64,000 bases of DNA from positions 122,365-186,364 of the forward strand of contig JBBRPR010000013.1 of the NCBI GenBank assembly GCA_038227875.1, in the 5' to 3' direction. Of this stretch, positions 19,101 to 28,912 are shown one piece after another. Position 1 is the first letter of the stretch; each line of letters starts with the position of its first letter. Under the pieces are notes generated by a model, which saw only the letters and a program-made list of their open reading frames with translations, was not told the origin of the DNA and searched no databases. Both the position numbers and the translations under genes were made by a program. Source of the stretch: Planctomycetota bacterium. GTDB taxonomy: Bacteria > Planctomycetota > SZUA-567 > H5-PLA8.

Positions 19101-22100
19101 GCGGCGTGGCTCCAACGATTCCGCCAAGCGTCACGCCCTTCGTGGCGGTGGTCGCGTTGAGTGTCAGGGACCGCGCGCCATCGATCGTGCTGGAGAAAAT
19201 CACATTTCCGGTCGACGACGTCAACGTGGGATTGGCGCCCAGCGTCACGGCGCCAGTGTAGGTCTGATCGCCCGTGGTCGAGATCGCGGTCGTGTTGATC
19301 GCCGTCGCCACCGAGACGCTCAAGCTGGAAAGCGGAGTCGTTCCACCCACCAGGCCGCCGAAGGACGCACCGCCGGTGATCGCGACAACCATTCCAGCCG
19401 CCGACCCGTCCAGTGTGCTGGCGAAGCTGACCGTCGAGCCGGTGAACGTCGTGGTCGCAGCAGCAACGGTCAGAGCGTTGTTGAAATTCTGCGCGCCGCT
19501 GGTCTTAACGGTCGCCGTCGTCACCGCCGTGGTCGCGCCACCGCCAGTGATGGTCAGACTCGTCAGTGGTGTGGTGTTACCGATCGTGGAATTGATGTTC
19601 ACCGCGCCGGTCGTCGTGACGATCAAGCTGTTGCTGCCATCCACCGCGCCGCCGAAGGTAATCGCCGTGCCGCCGCTGTCCGACAACGTGCTGGCGCTGC
19701 CCACAGTCACCGCAGCGTACGTCTGTCCGGCGGCCGTGCTCACGGTTGCGCCGTTGAGAATGGTAAGTCCCGTCGCCGACAGAGCGCCGTCGCAGGTGAG
19801 CGCGTCGGCCAGCGTCAGGCTGGTGGAGGCCTGGTTGCGCAGATCAAAGAAATGTTCGCCGCCGCTGGTCAGCGACTGGGTCGTGCCATTAAAGGTGACC
19901 TTGCCGCCGTTGGCCGTGAACGAGCCCCCCGTGCGCGACCAGTTACCGGAGACCGTGAAACTCACGCCGAAGCCGGGAGCTGTAAAATTGCCGCCGGCAA
20001 GCGTCAGGTTGTTGAACGAAACCGCCAGCCCGCCCGCCGTGAATGCACCGCTGGTTTGCTTGAATGTTCCGGCAAGCGCCAATGCGTTGGTAACCAACCC
20101 CAGTCCGGTGCTCTGGTTGTCGATGTCGAAGAACGATTGCCCGCCGCTGTTGAGCGACTGCGCCGCGCCGCCGTTGAAGGTCACCTTGCCGCCATTGGCC
20201 GTAAACGCGCCGCCCGACCGCGACCAGTTTCCAGAGACCGTGAAACTCCCGGTGGAGTTGGGCGCGGTCAAGGTTCCACCCGTGATCGTCACGTTATTCG
20301 CGGTGATCGACAGCGCGCCCCCCGAGAACGTTCCACTGGATTGCGAGAATGTTCCAGTGCTCGTCACGCCCGTGGTCAGCAGCGACAAGCCGCCGGTGCT
20401 CTGGTTGTCGAAATCGAAAAACGCCTGCCCGCCGCTGTTGAGCGTCTGCGCCGCTCCGCCGTTGAACGTTACCTTGCCGCCGTTGGCCGTGAATGTGCCG
20501 GCCGAGTAGGTCCAATTTCCTGAGACCGTGAAACTCGTCCCGGTGGGCGGCGCCGTAAATGTGCCGCCGGCAATCGCGACGTTCTTGGCGGTAATCGCCA
20601 GTGCTCCCGCAGTGAAGGAGCCGCTGGTCTGCGTAAACGTTCCGGTGCTCGTCAAGCCCGTGGTCAGCAGCGACAGTCCGCCGACGGTGTTCTGGTTATC
20701 GAGATCGAAGAACGTTTGCCCGCCACTATTGAGCGTCTGCGCCGCGCCGCCATTGAACGTCACCTTGCCGCTGTTGTGTGTGAATATTCCCGTCGGCGTG
20801 CGCGACCAGTTACCGGAGACCGTGAAACTCGTACCGGCCGGCGGCGCTGTAAATGTGCCGCCGGTAATTGAGACGTTCTTCGTCGTGATCGACTGCGCGC
20901 CGGGCGTAAACGCACCGCTGGTCTGCGAGAGTGTTCCCGCGATCGTGACGCCCGTGGTCAGCAGCGACAGTCCGCCGGTGCTCTGAACGTCGAGATCGAA
21001 AAACGACTGCCCGCCGCTATTTAGGGTTTGTGCGGTTCCGCCGTTGAAGGTCACCATGCCGCTATTGGCGGCGAACGCGCCGCCTGTGTACGTCCAGTTC
21101 CCGGAGACCAGGAAGCTTACACCCACATTCGGCGCCGTGAGCGTTCCGCCCGCGATCGTGACATTCTTGGCCGTCACCGTTCGGGCGCCCGCGGTAAACA
21201 ACCCGCTGGTCTGCGAAAACGTTCCGGCGCTCGTTACACCCGTGCTTTGAAGAGCGAGCCCGGCGCTCTGAACGTCGAGATCGAAGAACGCCTGCCCGCC
21301 GCTGTTAAGCGTCTGCGCCGCTCCGCCGTTGAACGTAACCTTGCCGTTGTTGTGCGAGAACGTGCCGGCCGTATAGACCCAGTTACCGGAAACAGTGAAA
21401 CTGGCTCCGGCGGACGGTGCGGTAAACGTACCAAGCACGATGGAAACATTTTTCGCGGTGATTGCATTGGCGCCCGCCGAGAACGAACCGCTGGTCTGCG
21501 AGAGCGTGCCGGCGCTGTTGACAGCCGCACTGAGCGTCAAGCCGCCGGCGCTTTGAACGTCAAGATCGAAGAACGTTTTCCCGCCGCTGTTCAGTGTCTG
21601 CGGCGAGCCGCCATTGAAAATCACCTTGCCGCTATTGTTGGTGAATGTGCCGCTGCCGGCGAAGCTCCAGTTTCCGCCCACCTTCATCGAGAACGCGGAC
21701 GTCGGCGCGATCAGGTTGCCGGAGGTGTTGATGTCGACGTTGCCCGTGACGGTGAGATTGTTACTCAGCGCCTTGAACGTGCCGCCCGTAACCGTCAGGC
21801 TTGAGCAGGTTGCGGCGTTGCTGTTGGTGTCGAACGTCCCGGTCTGCACGGTGATCGCGCCAGCGTTCAACGTGATGCCGCTGAGCGACGCACCCGCGGC
21901 GTTGTTGAGTGTAATTGCAGCAAACGAGCCGCCGCCCTGGAGTGTCTGCGCCGCAGCGCCTTGCAGCAGAAGCGATGTGCCCGCTGCCCAGCTGCCGCCG
22001 AGGTTGCTCACGATTGTGCCCGGAAAAACGACCGTAGTCGTACCCAGTACTTGTCCAGCATTTACCAGGGTGCTGGCGGTCCCAACGATGTTGAGATTGT

Positions 22101-24939
22101 AGCCTTGGTTTGCGTCATCAACGGATGCCCCTGAGTTTATCGTCAGCGATTTCACCGATCGGTCCTGGTCAAGAATTGGATAGGTGCCCAAAGCGCCCGG
22201 AATCGTCACGTCTGCAGTGAAGTCTGGCACCACGCCCGACGACCAGTTGGACGCTTTGCCCCAATTCGTATTCGAAGTGCCAGTCCACGAAACCGCGCCT
22301 TGGATGCCGAACACCCAATTGGCGCTATTTCCACCGGAGTTCGTAGAGGAAGTTGCAACAATCGTGCTTCCGCTGGCGTTGCTATCCTTGACGTCCACAA
22401 ATGAAGCGGTTTGAGCGGAACTGAGCACGAGATTCCACGACTGATTTTTCTGACTGGAGCGCAGCGTGATCGAATTGCTCAACGCGCCGGTCAGCGTGAG
22501 CGTGTTGGTAACCGTCTGCGTCGTTGCCTTGGTAAAGGTCAAGGCCGAACCGCCAACCGTATCGGAAAGATTGTAGAAGGAGGTGTCGCCGACGAACAGA
22601 TGATTCACGCCCAGCAGATTCACGGTGCCCGTGCCTGCGGCGAACGTACCGCCAGTGTTATCCCACGTGCTGTTCGTGTTACCGATGTTGATCGTGCCGG
22701 TACCCGCCGTAATCGTTCCCGCGTTGACTAGGTTGCGGGTGATGGTGGTCGTGGCCGGCAGCGTAAATGAGCCGCCAGTGTTGACGGTTAGATCGGTGGT
22801 CGCCTGCACCGCTGCAATCGATCCAGCGGTCGTCAATGTGCTCCCTGTGTTCACGGTCAGGTTGTTGAACACTTCCGACGCGGCGGTGCCCTTGATCTTC
22901 TGCGTCGTGCCGTTGAAGGTCACGCCGCCGCTGGACGTATGCGTGCCGCCATTGTTGGTCCAATCGCCGGAGACACTGACCGTCGCGACCAGATCGGCGA
23001 ACGAGGTACCACTGCCAATCGTAACATTCGCGACGCTCAGGGACGTACCGCCCGCTCGGAACTGACCCGTTCCACTCACGACGACATCGCTGTAGGAAGC
23101 GCCGTCTGTGCTGGTTGCGATCACCGAGCCGCCCACCGTCAGTGTGCCGGCGATCGTCGCCGACGGAATGGAAGTCGAGCCGGAACCCGAGAGCGTCAGA
23201 TTAACGTAGCCGCCGGCCGCGCTGGCAATGGTTGGGGCGGCTCCCGTGTAGTTGACGGTATTGCCCGCAGCCGTCGCCACAAGGTTTCCGGTCGCGCTGC
23301 CAAGATTAAATGTTTGACTTGCGCCTTGGGTAAACGTACCTGCGCCCGAGAGCGTTCCGGCGATGGTCACCGTCGTGTTGTTGGTCACAGTGCCTGCATT
23401 GATCACGAGGTTGGAAAGACTGAACGTCTGTCCCACTGGGTTGGTAAACGTTCCCGTACCGCAGCTCAGCGTCAGGGCCTGGCTGTTGTTGGCGACGCCG
23501 TTGACGGTGCTCGAGAACAGGATCACTCCCGAACCGGCATTCAAAGTCGCGCTTCCGGAAAGCGTAACCGCACCCGAGTAAGTCTGATTGCCCGTGCCGG
23601 GCGAACTGGTACTGATCGTAACGCCAGCAATGGTGCTGGTACCGCTGACGGACAGAAACTCCAGCGGCTTGGTCGCGCCGACGGCGCCATTAAAGGTGGC
23701 GTTGGCGTTGATGGTCAAGGATTCGGTGCCGGTGCCCGTGCCATTCACGGCGTTGAGGCTGACACTGGTGTTTGTTGCCAGCGTGACATCCTGTTGCAGC
23801 GTCACGGCGCCGTTGAATGTTTGTATGCCCGTGTCGAAGCCGGGGAAGTTGGTGGTGATTGAGGAAGTATTAATTACGGCAGGGCCCGAGACCGTCAACC
23901 TGCTGGGAACCAACGTTCCGCCAACCACTCCATTAAAGGTGGTGGAGCCGCCGGTGCAGTTTGTGACCAGAGGATATAATGAACCGTCAACGGTCGAATT
24001 GAAGTTGATGCCGCCCCCAGAGGTCAACGTCGTTAAACCCGTAAACGTCAGGGCCGTGTAATTCTGTGCGCCTGTCGTTGTGATAGTGACACCATTCAAG
24101 GTGACCGGGCCATTATTAACGGTCAAGCTGCCCAGAGACCCCCCATTAAAGATGGTAGTCGTGCCGGCGGTGTTGATGGTTAAACCAAAAGTCAGGCCCG
24201 TAAAGCCGTTATTGACAATCGAGATGGCCCCACTCGTGGTGGATTGCAATTGTGTGGTGGCGCCCAGAATAATTCCTTGTCCATAATTCTGACCATGAAC
24301 AGTTTTAATGGATGCACAATTGATCGTCGCGGTCTGGTTGGAGGCAATCGAATCCAGCGGTTGCGTCCCACCGACGTTTCCGCCGAAAGTGACATTAGCT
24401 CCACTGAATGAGAGTACTTCAGAGCCCGCTGTTCCGTCGACCGTGGAACTGAACAGCACTTTATTTGACGTTGAATTGACTCCAAGCGTCGTGCTGGCGG
24501 TCAGTGTTACCGCGCCTGTATAGGTCTGGTCGCCGTTATTGGTATTGATCGTGTCTGTTCCAATCGACGTCGTCGAAGTAATCGTCAGGAAACCCAGCGA
24601 CGTCAATGAGCCGACGCGTCCATTTATGACTGCAGTTTGACTTACGGTCAGTCCAAAGACGCCGTCCAACTTTCCTGTTCCGTTAATCGTCAGGGTTTTG
24701 CAGTTCTCATTATTGTTATTGATCGTCACCGCATGATTGATAATCACATCGTCGCCGCCGCCAGGCGTAGTTGCTACGCCCCAAGTTGCGGGCGTATCCC
24801 AACTTCCCGCAACCGCGCTCGTATACGTCGCGGCTCGTACATTTCCGCACATCACCGCACTGCACACTGCGACGACCAACGCAAACGTTCCCGCGACGGT
24901 TCGCAACCAATTCTGCGACGCTGGCTTATGAAACATCAT
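16138..24939 (-). CDS. Giant secreted surface protein/adhesin: beta-helix-like T/G/S-rich repeats, Ig-like and two PKD domains
   Basis: 2933 aa; signal peptide; QTYTGAVTL-type repeats; VTFNKAVTGF; YTWDFGDG and FAWDFGDG. Confidence 0.85.
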   Translation of the reverse strand: MMFHKPASQNWLRTVAGTFALVVAVCSAVMCGNVRAATYTSAVAGSWDTPATWGVATTPGGGDDVIINHAVTINNNNENCKTLTINGTGKLDGVFGLTVSQTAVINGRVGSLTSLGFLTITSTTSIGTDTINTNNGDQTYTGAVTLTASTTLGVNSTSNKVLFSSTVDGTAGSEVLSFSGANVTFGGNVGGTQPLDSIASNQTATINCASIKTVHGQNYGQGIILGATTQLQSTTSGAISIVNNGFTGLTFGLTINTAGTTTIFNGGSLGSLTVNNGPVTLNGVTITTTGAQNYTALTFTGLTTLTSGGGINFNSTVDGSLYPLVTNCTGGSTTFNGVVGGTLVPSRLTVSGPAVINTSSITTNFPGFDTGIQTFNGAVTLQQDVTLATNTSVSLNAVNGTGTGTESLTINANATFNGAVGATKPLEFLSVSGTSTIAGVTISTSSPGTGNQTYSGAVTLSGSATLNAGSGVILFSSTVNGVANNSQALTLSCGTGTFTNPVGQTFSLSNLVINAGTVTNNTTVTIAGTLSGAGTFTQGASQTFNLGSATGNLVATAAGNTVNYTGAAPTIASAAGGYVNLTLSGSGSTSIPSATIAGTLTVGGSVIATSTDGASYSDVVVSGTGQFRAGGTSLSVANVTIGSGTSFADLVATVSVSGDWTNNGGTHTSSGGVTFNGTTQKIKGTAASEVFNNLTVNTGSTLTTAGSIAAVQATTDLTVNTGGSFTLPATTTITRNLVNAGTITAGTGTINIGNTNSTWDNTGGTFAAGTGTVNLLGVNHLFVGDTSFYNLSDTVGGSALTFTKATTQTVTNTLTLTGALSNSITLRSSQKNQSWNLVLSSAQTASFVDVKDSNASGSTIVATSSTNSGGNSANWVFGIQGAVSWTGTSNTNWGKASNWSSGVVPDFTADVTIPGALGTYPILDQDRSVKSLTINSGASVDDANQGYNLNIVGTASTLVNAGQVLGTTTVVFPGTIVSNLGGSWAAGTSLLLQGAAAQTLQGGGSFAAITLNNAAGASLSGITLNAGAITVQTGTFDTNSNAATCSSLTVTGGTFKALSNNLTVTGNVDINTSGNLIAPTSAFSMKVGGNWSFAGSGTFTNNSGKVIFNGGSPQTLNSGGKTFFDLDVQSAGGLTLSAAVNSAGTLSQTSGSFSAGANAITAKNVSIVLGTFTAPSAGASFTVSGNWVYTAGTFSHNNGKVTFNGGAAQTLNSGGQAFFDLDVQSAGLALQSTGVTSAGTFSQTSGLFTAGARTVTAKNVTIAGGTLTAPNVGVSFLVSGNWTYTGGAFAANSGMVTFNGGTAQTLNSGGQSFFDLDVQSTGGLSLLTTGVTIAGTLSQTSGAFTPGAQSITTKNVSITGGTFTAPPAGTSFTVSGNWSRTPTGIFTHNSGKVTFNGGAAQTLNSGGQTFFDLDNQNTVGGLSLLTTGLTSTGTFTQTSGSFTAGALAITAKNVAIAGGTFTAPPTGTSFTVSGNWTYSAGTFTANGGKVTFNGGAAQTLNSGGQAFFDFDNQSTGGLSLLTTGVTSTGTFSQSSGTFSGGALSITANNVTITGGTLTAPNSTGSFTVSGNWSRSGGAFTANGGKVTFNGGAAQSLNSGGQSFFDIDNQSTGLGLVTNALALAGTFKQTSGAFTAGGLAVSFNNLTLAGGNFTAPGFGVSFTVSGNWSRTGGSFTANGGKVTFNGTTQSLTSGGEHFFDLRNQASTSLTLADALTCDGALSATGLTILNGATVSTAAGQTYAAVTVGSASTLSDSGGTAITFGGAVDGSNSLIVTTTGAVNINSTIGNTTPLTSLTITGGGATTAVTTATVKTSGAQNFNNALTVAAATTTFTGSTVSFASTLDGSAAGMVVAITGGASFGGLVGGTTPLSSLSVSVATAINTTAISTTGDQTYTGAVTLGANPTLTSSTGNVIFSSTIDGARSLTLNATTATKGVTLGGIVGATPLTNLTVNASKILTLGFNVSVTTTLTLNVTVGGVNQTGGIVTATNLLLTGAGTMTLTKSNAIGTLAANINGALSVFNGSALTVGTVGATSGIKTSGKNVSVSALPNTLTVSNTIDTTPVGPPNGISFVGTNVSPSSPSLTLGQGNIALNDDGLGPTVAITTPGQANPTNNGTIVFTVTFNKAVTGFTSSSVTTTNGTVQTITGGPSVYVVTVTGATSNPATNVTLQVKSGAGGSGVTDAQGTANTLASNTGTVLFDTVPPTVLTVTRVNSSPTNLAAVQYTVVFSKSVLNVVAADFTIPSAPLAGSLFPIAGFSVSNVSGSGTTYTITLNTGSGDGTLGLNVPAAGTTIVDAAGNAFVTGFTMTFPGTSTYDIVKTKPAIIGITSVAPDGVYNAGDSLVVNVQFTKNVTLTGGNLLIPLDTGVVLSIPPFGPANNVNVTYTVGAQETSASDPSDNLNVAAATVSLGVGAVAGDNVGNSLILTTPMPNFPGKQIKINAAPLLASPLSVAFDPAFATDQIPGVGLPGQTQTFSVSVTDLDLNPPFPVAANVLTYTWDFGDGTTATTTGATNFITHQFAAAGNLTVKVTVNDGRGGAPVISTLGVSINTPPRTDGNGIVLGLNPIGFDTEESFTITTLGMGGLDQDGDALNFAWDFGDGVTASGQTVTHTYPLDSFPKSAFAADGTVQVTATVTITDPVRGPSAGKVVQQVSIKLLNPFGNVVSVVDDITTDNPISNLTIASKGSKGAVRFSITGAVGAVTSTIEPSDGVSPQGTIKGLTFFALFSKPGIFVVKATDSVGNTVRKMVPITLNETLGGERKNIAAFKSDQSFIIGRFAFNKPKSKDSVVFRGRFPLNPSDYPTGTHSFHVGLGNIIISGTVDAKGKGTATSVVDALGVDHGPKAAKLFRFILDVKNQRAVLSTMVTFPNMSQGGFDSSGVVATFGATGKNGALQPLNVQVALLIDQSLSYASLISAGFLAKNGTGRLAGAKR
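19790..21800 (-). repeat. Seven tandem intragenic repeats of about 95-98 aa
   Basis: GNW..GKVTFNG..QTLNSGGQ.FFD unit recurring every 285-294 bp; boundaries approximate. Confidence 0.85.
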
Positions 24940-25027
24940 TACAGTATCTCCCTGCTGCTGATCGCAACGGCGGTGAATCTAAAATTAAATTGCTATGAGT
25001 CGGACGCGGGATGCTTCAAAGTACGTG

Positions 25028-26611
25028 TCAGAAACCGACCTGAAAGTTTACGACGAACACGTTGTTGTTTACTTCGCGCAAGCCCAACTGCGGGTTACTG
25101 GAGGTCGGATCCCTTACGATCATGTAGTTAAACTGCACTTTTGTTCCACGTCCCGAAACATAATAATTCAGGCCGCTGGTGTAGACAGAAGTCTTGAACT
25201 GGAGCGTGTTTCTGTCCGGGTTCGCCGGGTTTTCCATAGCCAGATTCTGATAGACTTCATAGCGGAAAGCGAATTCCATGTTCGCCAGCGCCTTGTCCAG
25301 CACGCCACCCTTCTTCAAGCTCGGCTCGAAAATCGATTCCGGCATATAATAACCGGTCGAAAAATACCAGCCTTCCGCCGTGACTGGCGCAGGATTACGC
25401 TGGGTGAATCCATTGCCGCCGCGCGGACCGTTCTGACCCAGGTCAACGCTGCCGATGCCCAGGAAACTCGTGATCGCGCCCGAGCCGTAACGGTCGTGAC
25501 CGTCGCCCCATTCGCCGCGCAGCCACCAGCCCTTGACCGGACCTTCCGGGCGGTACCACGCCCACGCCGCATTGCGGCGCACGGCCGTGCGCTGACGGTC
25601 GAGCGAATTGGTCGAGAAATCCGGATCGTATTCCTGGCCGTTTCCACCATGGACGCCATTGGTCTGCGCGTAACCGAGTTCCAAGCGGCCGTACCACTTC
25701 TTGGTATCCCAGACCGGACGTCCGGCGATGCGCCAGGCGAAATCCTTCTTGCTGTTGTCGTCGGTGCGGTTGCCGGCTTCAGTGATTTCAGGGTCGCTTA
25801 GGATCGTGCCCGACGGACCGTTGAACGCTCCGAAGGAGTACTTCAAGCGATCATCGAACCACGTTCCGGAAACCATCGCGCCCAGGTCGCGGACGTTGTT
25901 GATCCCCGTGACCATCGCGCGTTCGACGAAATCCAGCTGGCCGCTATTGCGGAACGCTTCTTCGCCCGCCGGCGGCTTGAACTGCCCGATCGTGAACGAA
26001 TGGTGCGGCACATAGCCGGAGAAATTGATGTACGCGTCCTGGAGCACACGGGGCTGAACGTTCTTGGACTGAATCTCGCCCGTCTGCAGCACTTGGAGAT
26101 TGCCATTGGGCGTATTGTGCTTCGGGAATGTCGGCAACGGGTAAAATCCCGGGTTGGCTTCGCGCGCCGGATCCAGCAGCACGAATCCGGAAATGTGCTC
26201 ATCGACCTGATACGTGAAATGCAATTCCGAACGGCGGATGCGGAACGTGCTGTTCTGGTTGCCTTCGTTGGTTTCCTTCCGGAGCTGCGGCGTGCCGTTG
26301 CCCGGCGGGAAGAACAGCTGCTGCGTCGAATTTCCAATGTTGTCTTTTTCAGGGCACTGAAACCAGCACTGCAACAGTCCGCCCATCGTCAACTTACCTT
26401 GCCGATTGGTGACGATGGCGTTGGGGCCGTAGCGGTTTTCCAACGCCAATTCCGCTTGTGCGATAGGTGCTTTGGGCGTGTTCTTTTCTTTGTCGTTGAG
26501 GTCTTTGCGAAGCTGATCGACTTGGGCACGAAGGTCCTCGGTGACGTCAGAGGCCACAAGTGCATTTTGCATGAGGACAAGTAACAGAACCAGCAACAAC
26601 GGTTGGCGCAT
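25028..26611 (-). CDS. Outer-membrane porin, OprO/OprP-like
   Basis: Signal peptide, coiled N-terminus, FRIRRSEL, LQDAYIN, IGQFKPP, LDFVER, terminal FQVGF. Confidence 0.8.
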   Translation of the reverse strand: MRQPLLLVLLLVLMQNALVASDVTEDLRAQVDQLRKDLNDKEKNTPKAPIAQAELALENRYGPNAIVTNRQGKLTMGGLLQCWFQCPEKDNIGNSTQQLFFPPGNGTPQLRKETNEGNQNSTFRIRRSELHFTYQVDEHISGFVLLDPAREANPGFYPLPTFPKHNTPNGNLQVLQTGEIQSKNVQPRVLQDAYINFSGYVPHHSFTIGQFKPPAGEEAFRNSGQLDFVERAMVTGINNVRDLGAMVSGTWFDDRLKYSFGAFNGPSGTILSDPEITEAGNRTDDNSKKDFAWRIAGRPVWDTKKWYGRLELGYAQTNGVHGGNGQEYDPDFSTNSLDRQRTAVRRNAAWAWYRPEGPVKGWWLRGEWGDGHDRYGSGAITSFLGIGSVDLGQNGPRGGNGFTQRNPAPVTAEGWYFSTGYYMPESIFEPSLKKGGVLDKALANMEFAFRYEVYQNLAMENPANPDRNTLQFKTSVYTSGLNYYVSGRGTKVQFNYMIVRDPTSSNPQLGLREVNNNVFVVNFQVGF

Positions 26612-26754
26612 TTCCGCCCCATGAGGGAAAAACTGCTCGGCTGAATATATCTAAGCTATCAGAATCGTGGGGCGTGTCAACTGGCGATAGTCATTTGTTA
26701 GCCCGGCTTAAGTATACATAAACACAATGGCGGATTAATCATAGGTATTTACGA

Positions 26755-27579
26755 CTACTTCAGTGCACGCAGCACTTCGTTCATATTCTTGAAGCGGTCC
26801 GCTGGCTCCTTTTCGATCATCTTGAGGATCAGGGTGGCCAAAGTTGCCGGAACCGTGGGGTTGAAATGCTGCAGCGGCTCAGCCCGAGGGGCCTTGGAGA
26901 AGTTCGAAATCAACTCCAACGCCGTGCGCCCATCAAAGGGAGTGCGGCCAGTCAGCACGTGGTAAAAGGTCGCACCGAGACTGTAAACATCACTGCGCTC
27001 GTCGACGTTCCGGGCTTCCCACTGCTCAGGCGCCATATAATGGGGCGTACCCACGATCGTGCCTTCGGTCGTCAACCGTGAGCCGTCGATGGTGCCGAGC
27101 ACCGCCAGCCCGAAGTCTACAACTTTGATCTTGCCGTCCTTCGTCAACATCAGGTTGTCGGGCTTCAAGTCGCGATGAATCACACCCTTCTCGTGAGCCA
27201 CGAGCAGACCGCGCGCGGCGCCGCGCATGAATTCAATGACGCGCGGAAAATCGGAACTCGCGCCATTGCGGAGCAGCTCCGCCAGCGAACCGCCGGAGAT
27301 GTATTCCATTTCGATGAACTGGTATTGGCCTTCGCGCCCGACGTTGCGGATCTGGACGATGTTCTCGTGGTTCAGCTGCGCGGCCGTGCGGGCTTCGCGC
27401 AGGAAGCGCTGTTCGACGCGCTTGTCGCGGCGGCCGGACTGATGGAGCACCTTGATTGCGACGTCCATGTCCAGCGCCAGGTGGCGGGCGTGGTAGACCT
27501 CCCCCATCCCGCCCCGGCCAATGCGCTGCATGATCCCGCAGCCGCCGATGATCGTGCCGCGAGACAACAGCGGCGGCAT
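26755..27579 (-). CDS. Hanks-type Ser/Thr protein kinase domain (possibly the frameshifted C-terminus of the upstream ATPase)
   Basis: GRGGMGEVY, VAIK, HRDLKPDN, DFGLA, GTPHYMAPE, SDVYSLG. Confidence 0.9.
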   Translation of the reverse strand: MPPLLSRGTIIGGCGIMQRIGRGGMGEVYHARHLALDMDVAIKVLHQSGRRDKRVEQRFLREARTAAQLNHENIVQIRNVGREGQYQFIEMEYISGGSLAELLRNGASSDFPRVIEFMRGAARGLLVAHEKGVIHRDLKPDNLMLTKDGKIKVVDFGLAVLGTIDGSRLTTEGTIVGTPHYMAPEQWEARNVDERSDVYSLGATFYHVLTGRTPFDGRTALELISNFSKAPRAEPLQHFNPTVPATLATLILKMIEKEPADRFKNMNEVLRALK

Positions 27580-28910
27580 CGTGCGCGAGCCTTCTGCGAC
27601 GAGCCCGTCAGATCGCGACTGAGCGCCTCCTCCAGCGGCAGATCTTCGGTGCTGGCGTGATGGGCCGGCGAGGGCGACGTACCGCGGAACGCGCTGGTCA
27701 CGATGCGCTGGTTGGCCGCCAAGGGCTGGCGACCCGAGGCGGGTTTCGGGGCGTCTTTCTGCGAAACGGCCTTGTGGCGCGCGCCGGATTTCATTCCCGG
27801 CCGCAGCTTGCCCACCGACGACGCCGATTCCTTCCACAGCGCCACCGACGGATGCGCCGCGCCGGCGATGTTCAAGGCCGAGGCCAGCACTTGGGAATAG
27901 AGCAGATTGCGCGGCCGGCCAATGCCGTCTTCGTCGGCGCGGATCAGGCCGAGGTGAAGCAGTTCGCGGATCGGGCGGTGAATCTTGTCGCACGGCACGC
28001 TGCTGTCCGGTGAGTAGATTTCCGAGGCCGTGCGCCGCAGATCGGCGCGGCCGGCCAGCAGGCCCAGCGTGGAGCCGAGCAGATCGGTGACCATCTCGTT
28101 GACGGCCGGATAGACTTCCTTCCACGCATCGGCCGGAGAATTTCCAGCGGAGCGCTGCTCGTAGGCGAAGTGGCCGATCATCTGCGTGATCGCGGGGTGA
28201 CCCGTCGCCAGTTCCCACGTCTGGCGCGACCAGTCGGCGACTTCCATCTCGCTGATCGCCGGGACGAGACCTTTGAGCAGCAGTTCGTTGACCTCTTCGA
28301 ACGTAAAGTCCTGCAGGAAAATCTGCTGCGCGATGTTCAGCGGCGACGTACGGCCGGACGCCGTGAGGTCGCGCAAGTCCATCGAACTTCCCGTGATCAG
28401 CGAGAAGCCGCGCGCATCCTGAGAGAGCGTGCGCTGTTCGGTGTAGGCCGCGCGCAGAGCGAGAACCAGTTTCCGCGCGGGCTCGTCGGACCACGCGTCG
28501 AAGCCGTCGACAAAAACGGTCAGCATCTCCGGCTGCGGCTTTTTGGCTTCGGCGCGCGCGACGGCGTTCAGCACGTCGGTGACGTTGGCCGGATGCGCGG
28601 GGAGGTCCAGATCGGGATTGACTTCCGCGATCTCTCTCGCGAGCACGCGCGCCGCTTCCTTGGGTGGATCGTCCATGAACGACAGGTTGGCCAGGTCGAG
28701 AAACGCCGAACGCGGCAGGATCTTGCGCAAGCCGAGCAAAAACGTCGTCGTCCCGGATCGCGGCGGAGCGGAGACCGTCAGGAACCCGCCACGGCGCAGC
28801 AGCGCCAGGGCCTGCTTCTGAGCCGCCGCGCGTTCGCAGGCGACGGCACGGCCGGACTTCTCATCGCGCGGTGTCAACGGTTCCTGATATTCGAATGGAT
28901 TGCTTTGCAT
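27372..28910 (-). CDS. AAA_35/STAND-like ATPase with degenerate Walker A
   Basis: NPFEY, VSAPPRSGTTT, VFVDGFD, SPLNIAQQIFLQDFTFEEV, TGHPAITQ; the last ~70 codons look out of frame. Confidence 0.7.
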   Translation of the reverse strand: MQSNPFEYQEPLTPRDEKSGRAVACERAAAQKQALALLRRGGFLTVSAPPRSGTTTFLLGLRKILPRSAFLDLANLSFMDDPPKEAARVLAREIAEVNPDLDLPAHPANVTDVLNAVARAEAKKPQPEMLTVFVDGFDAWSDEPARKLVLALRAAYTEQRTLSQDARGFSLITGSSMDLRDLTASGRTSPLNIAQQIFLQDFTFEEVNELLLKGLVPAISEMEVADWSRQTWELATGHPAITQMIGHFAYEQRSAGNSPADAWKEVYPAVNEMVTDLLGSTLGLLAGRADLRRTASEIYSPDSSVPCDKIHRPIRELLHLGLIRADEDGIGRPRNLLYSQVLASALNIAGAAHPSVALWKESASSVGKLRPGMKSGARHKAVSQKDAPKPASGRQPLAANQRIVTSAFRGTSPSPAHHASTEDLPLEEALSRDLTGSSQKARARCRRCCLAARSSAAAGSCSALAGAGWGRSTTPATWRWTWTSQSRCSISPAAATSASNSASCAKPARPRS

Positions 28911-28912
28911 CT

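Noticed and set aside
16637..24523. Many Val/Pro-rich plus-strand ORFs
   Set aside because: Reverse-complement products of Thr/Gly/Asn codons in the giant gene.
27580..28494. 305-aa N-terminal extension of the kinase ORF
   Set aside because: Arg/Gly-rich alternate frame of the ATPase gene.
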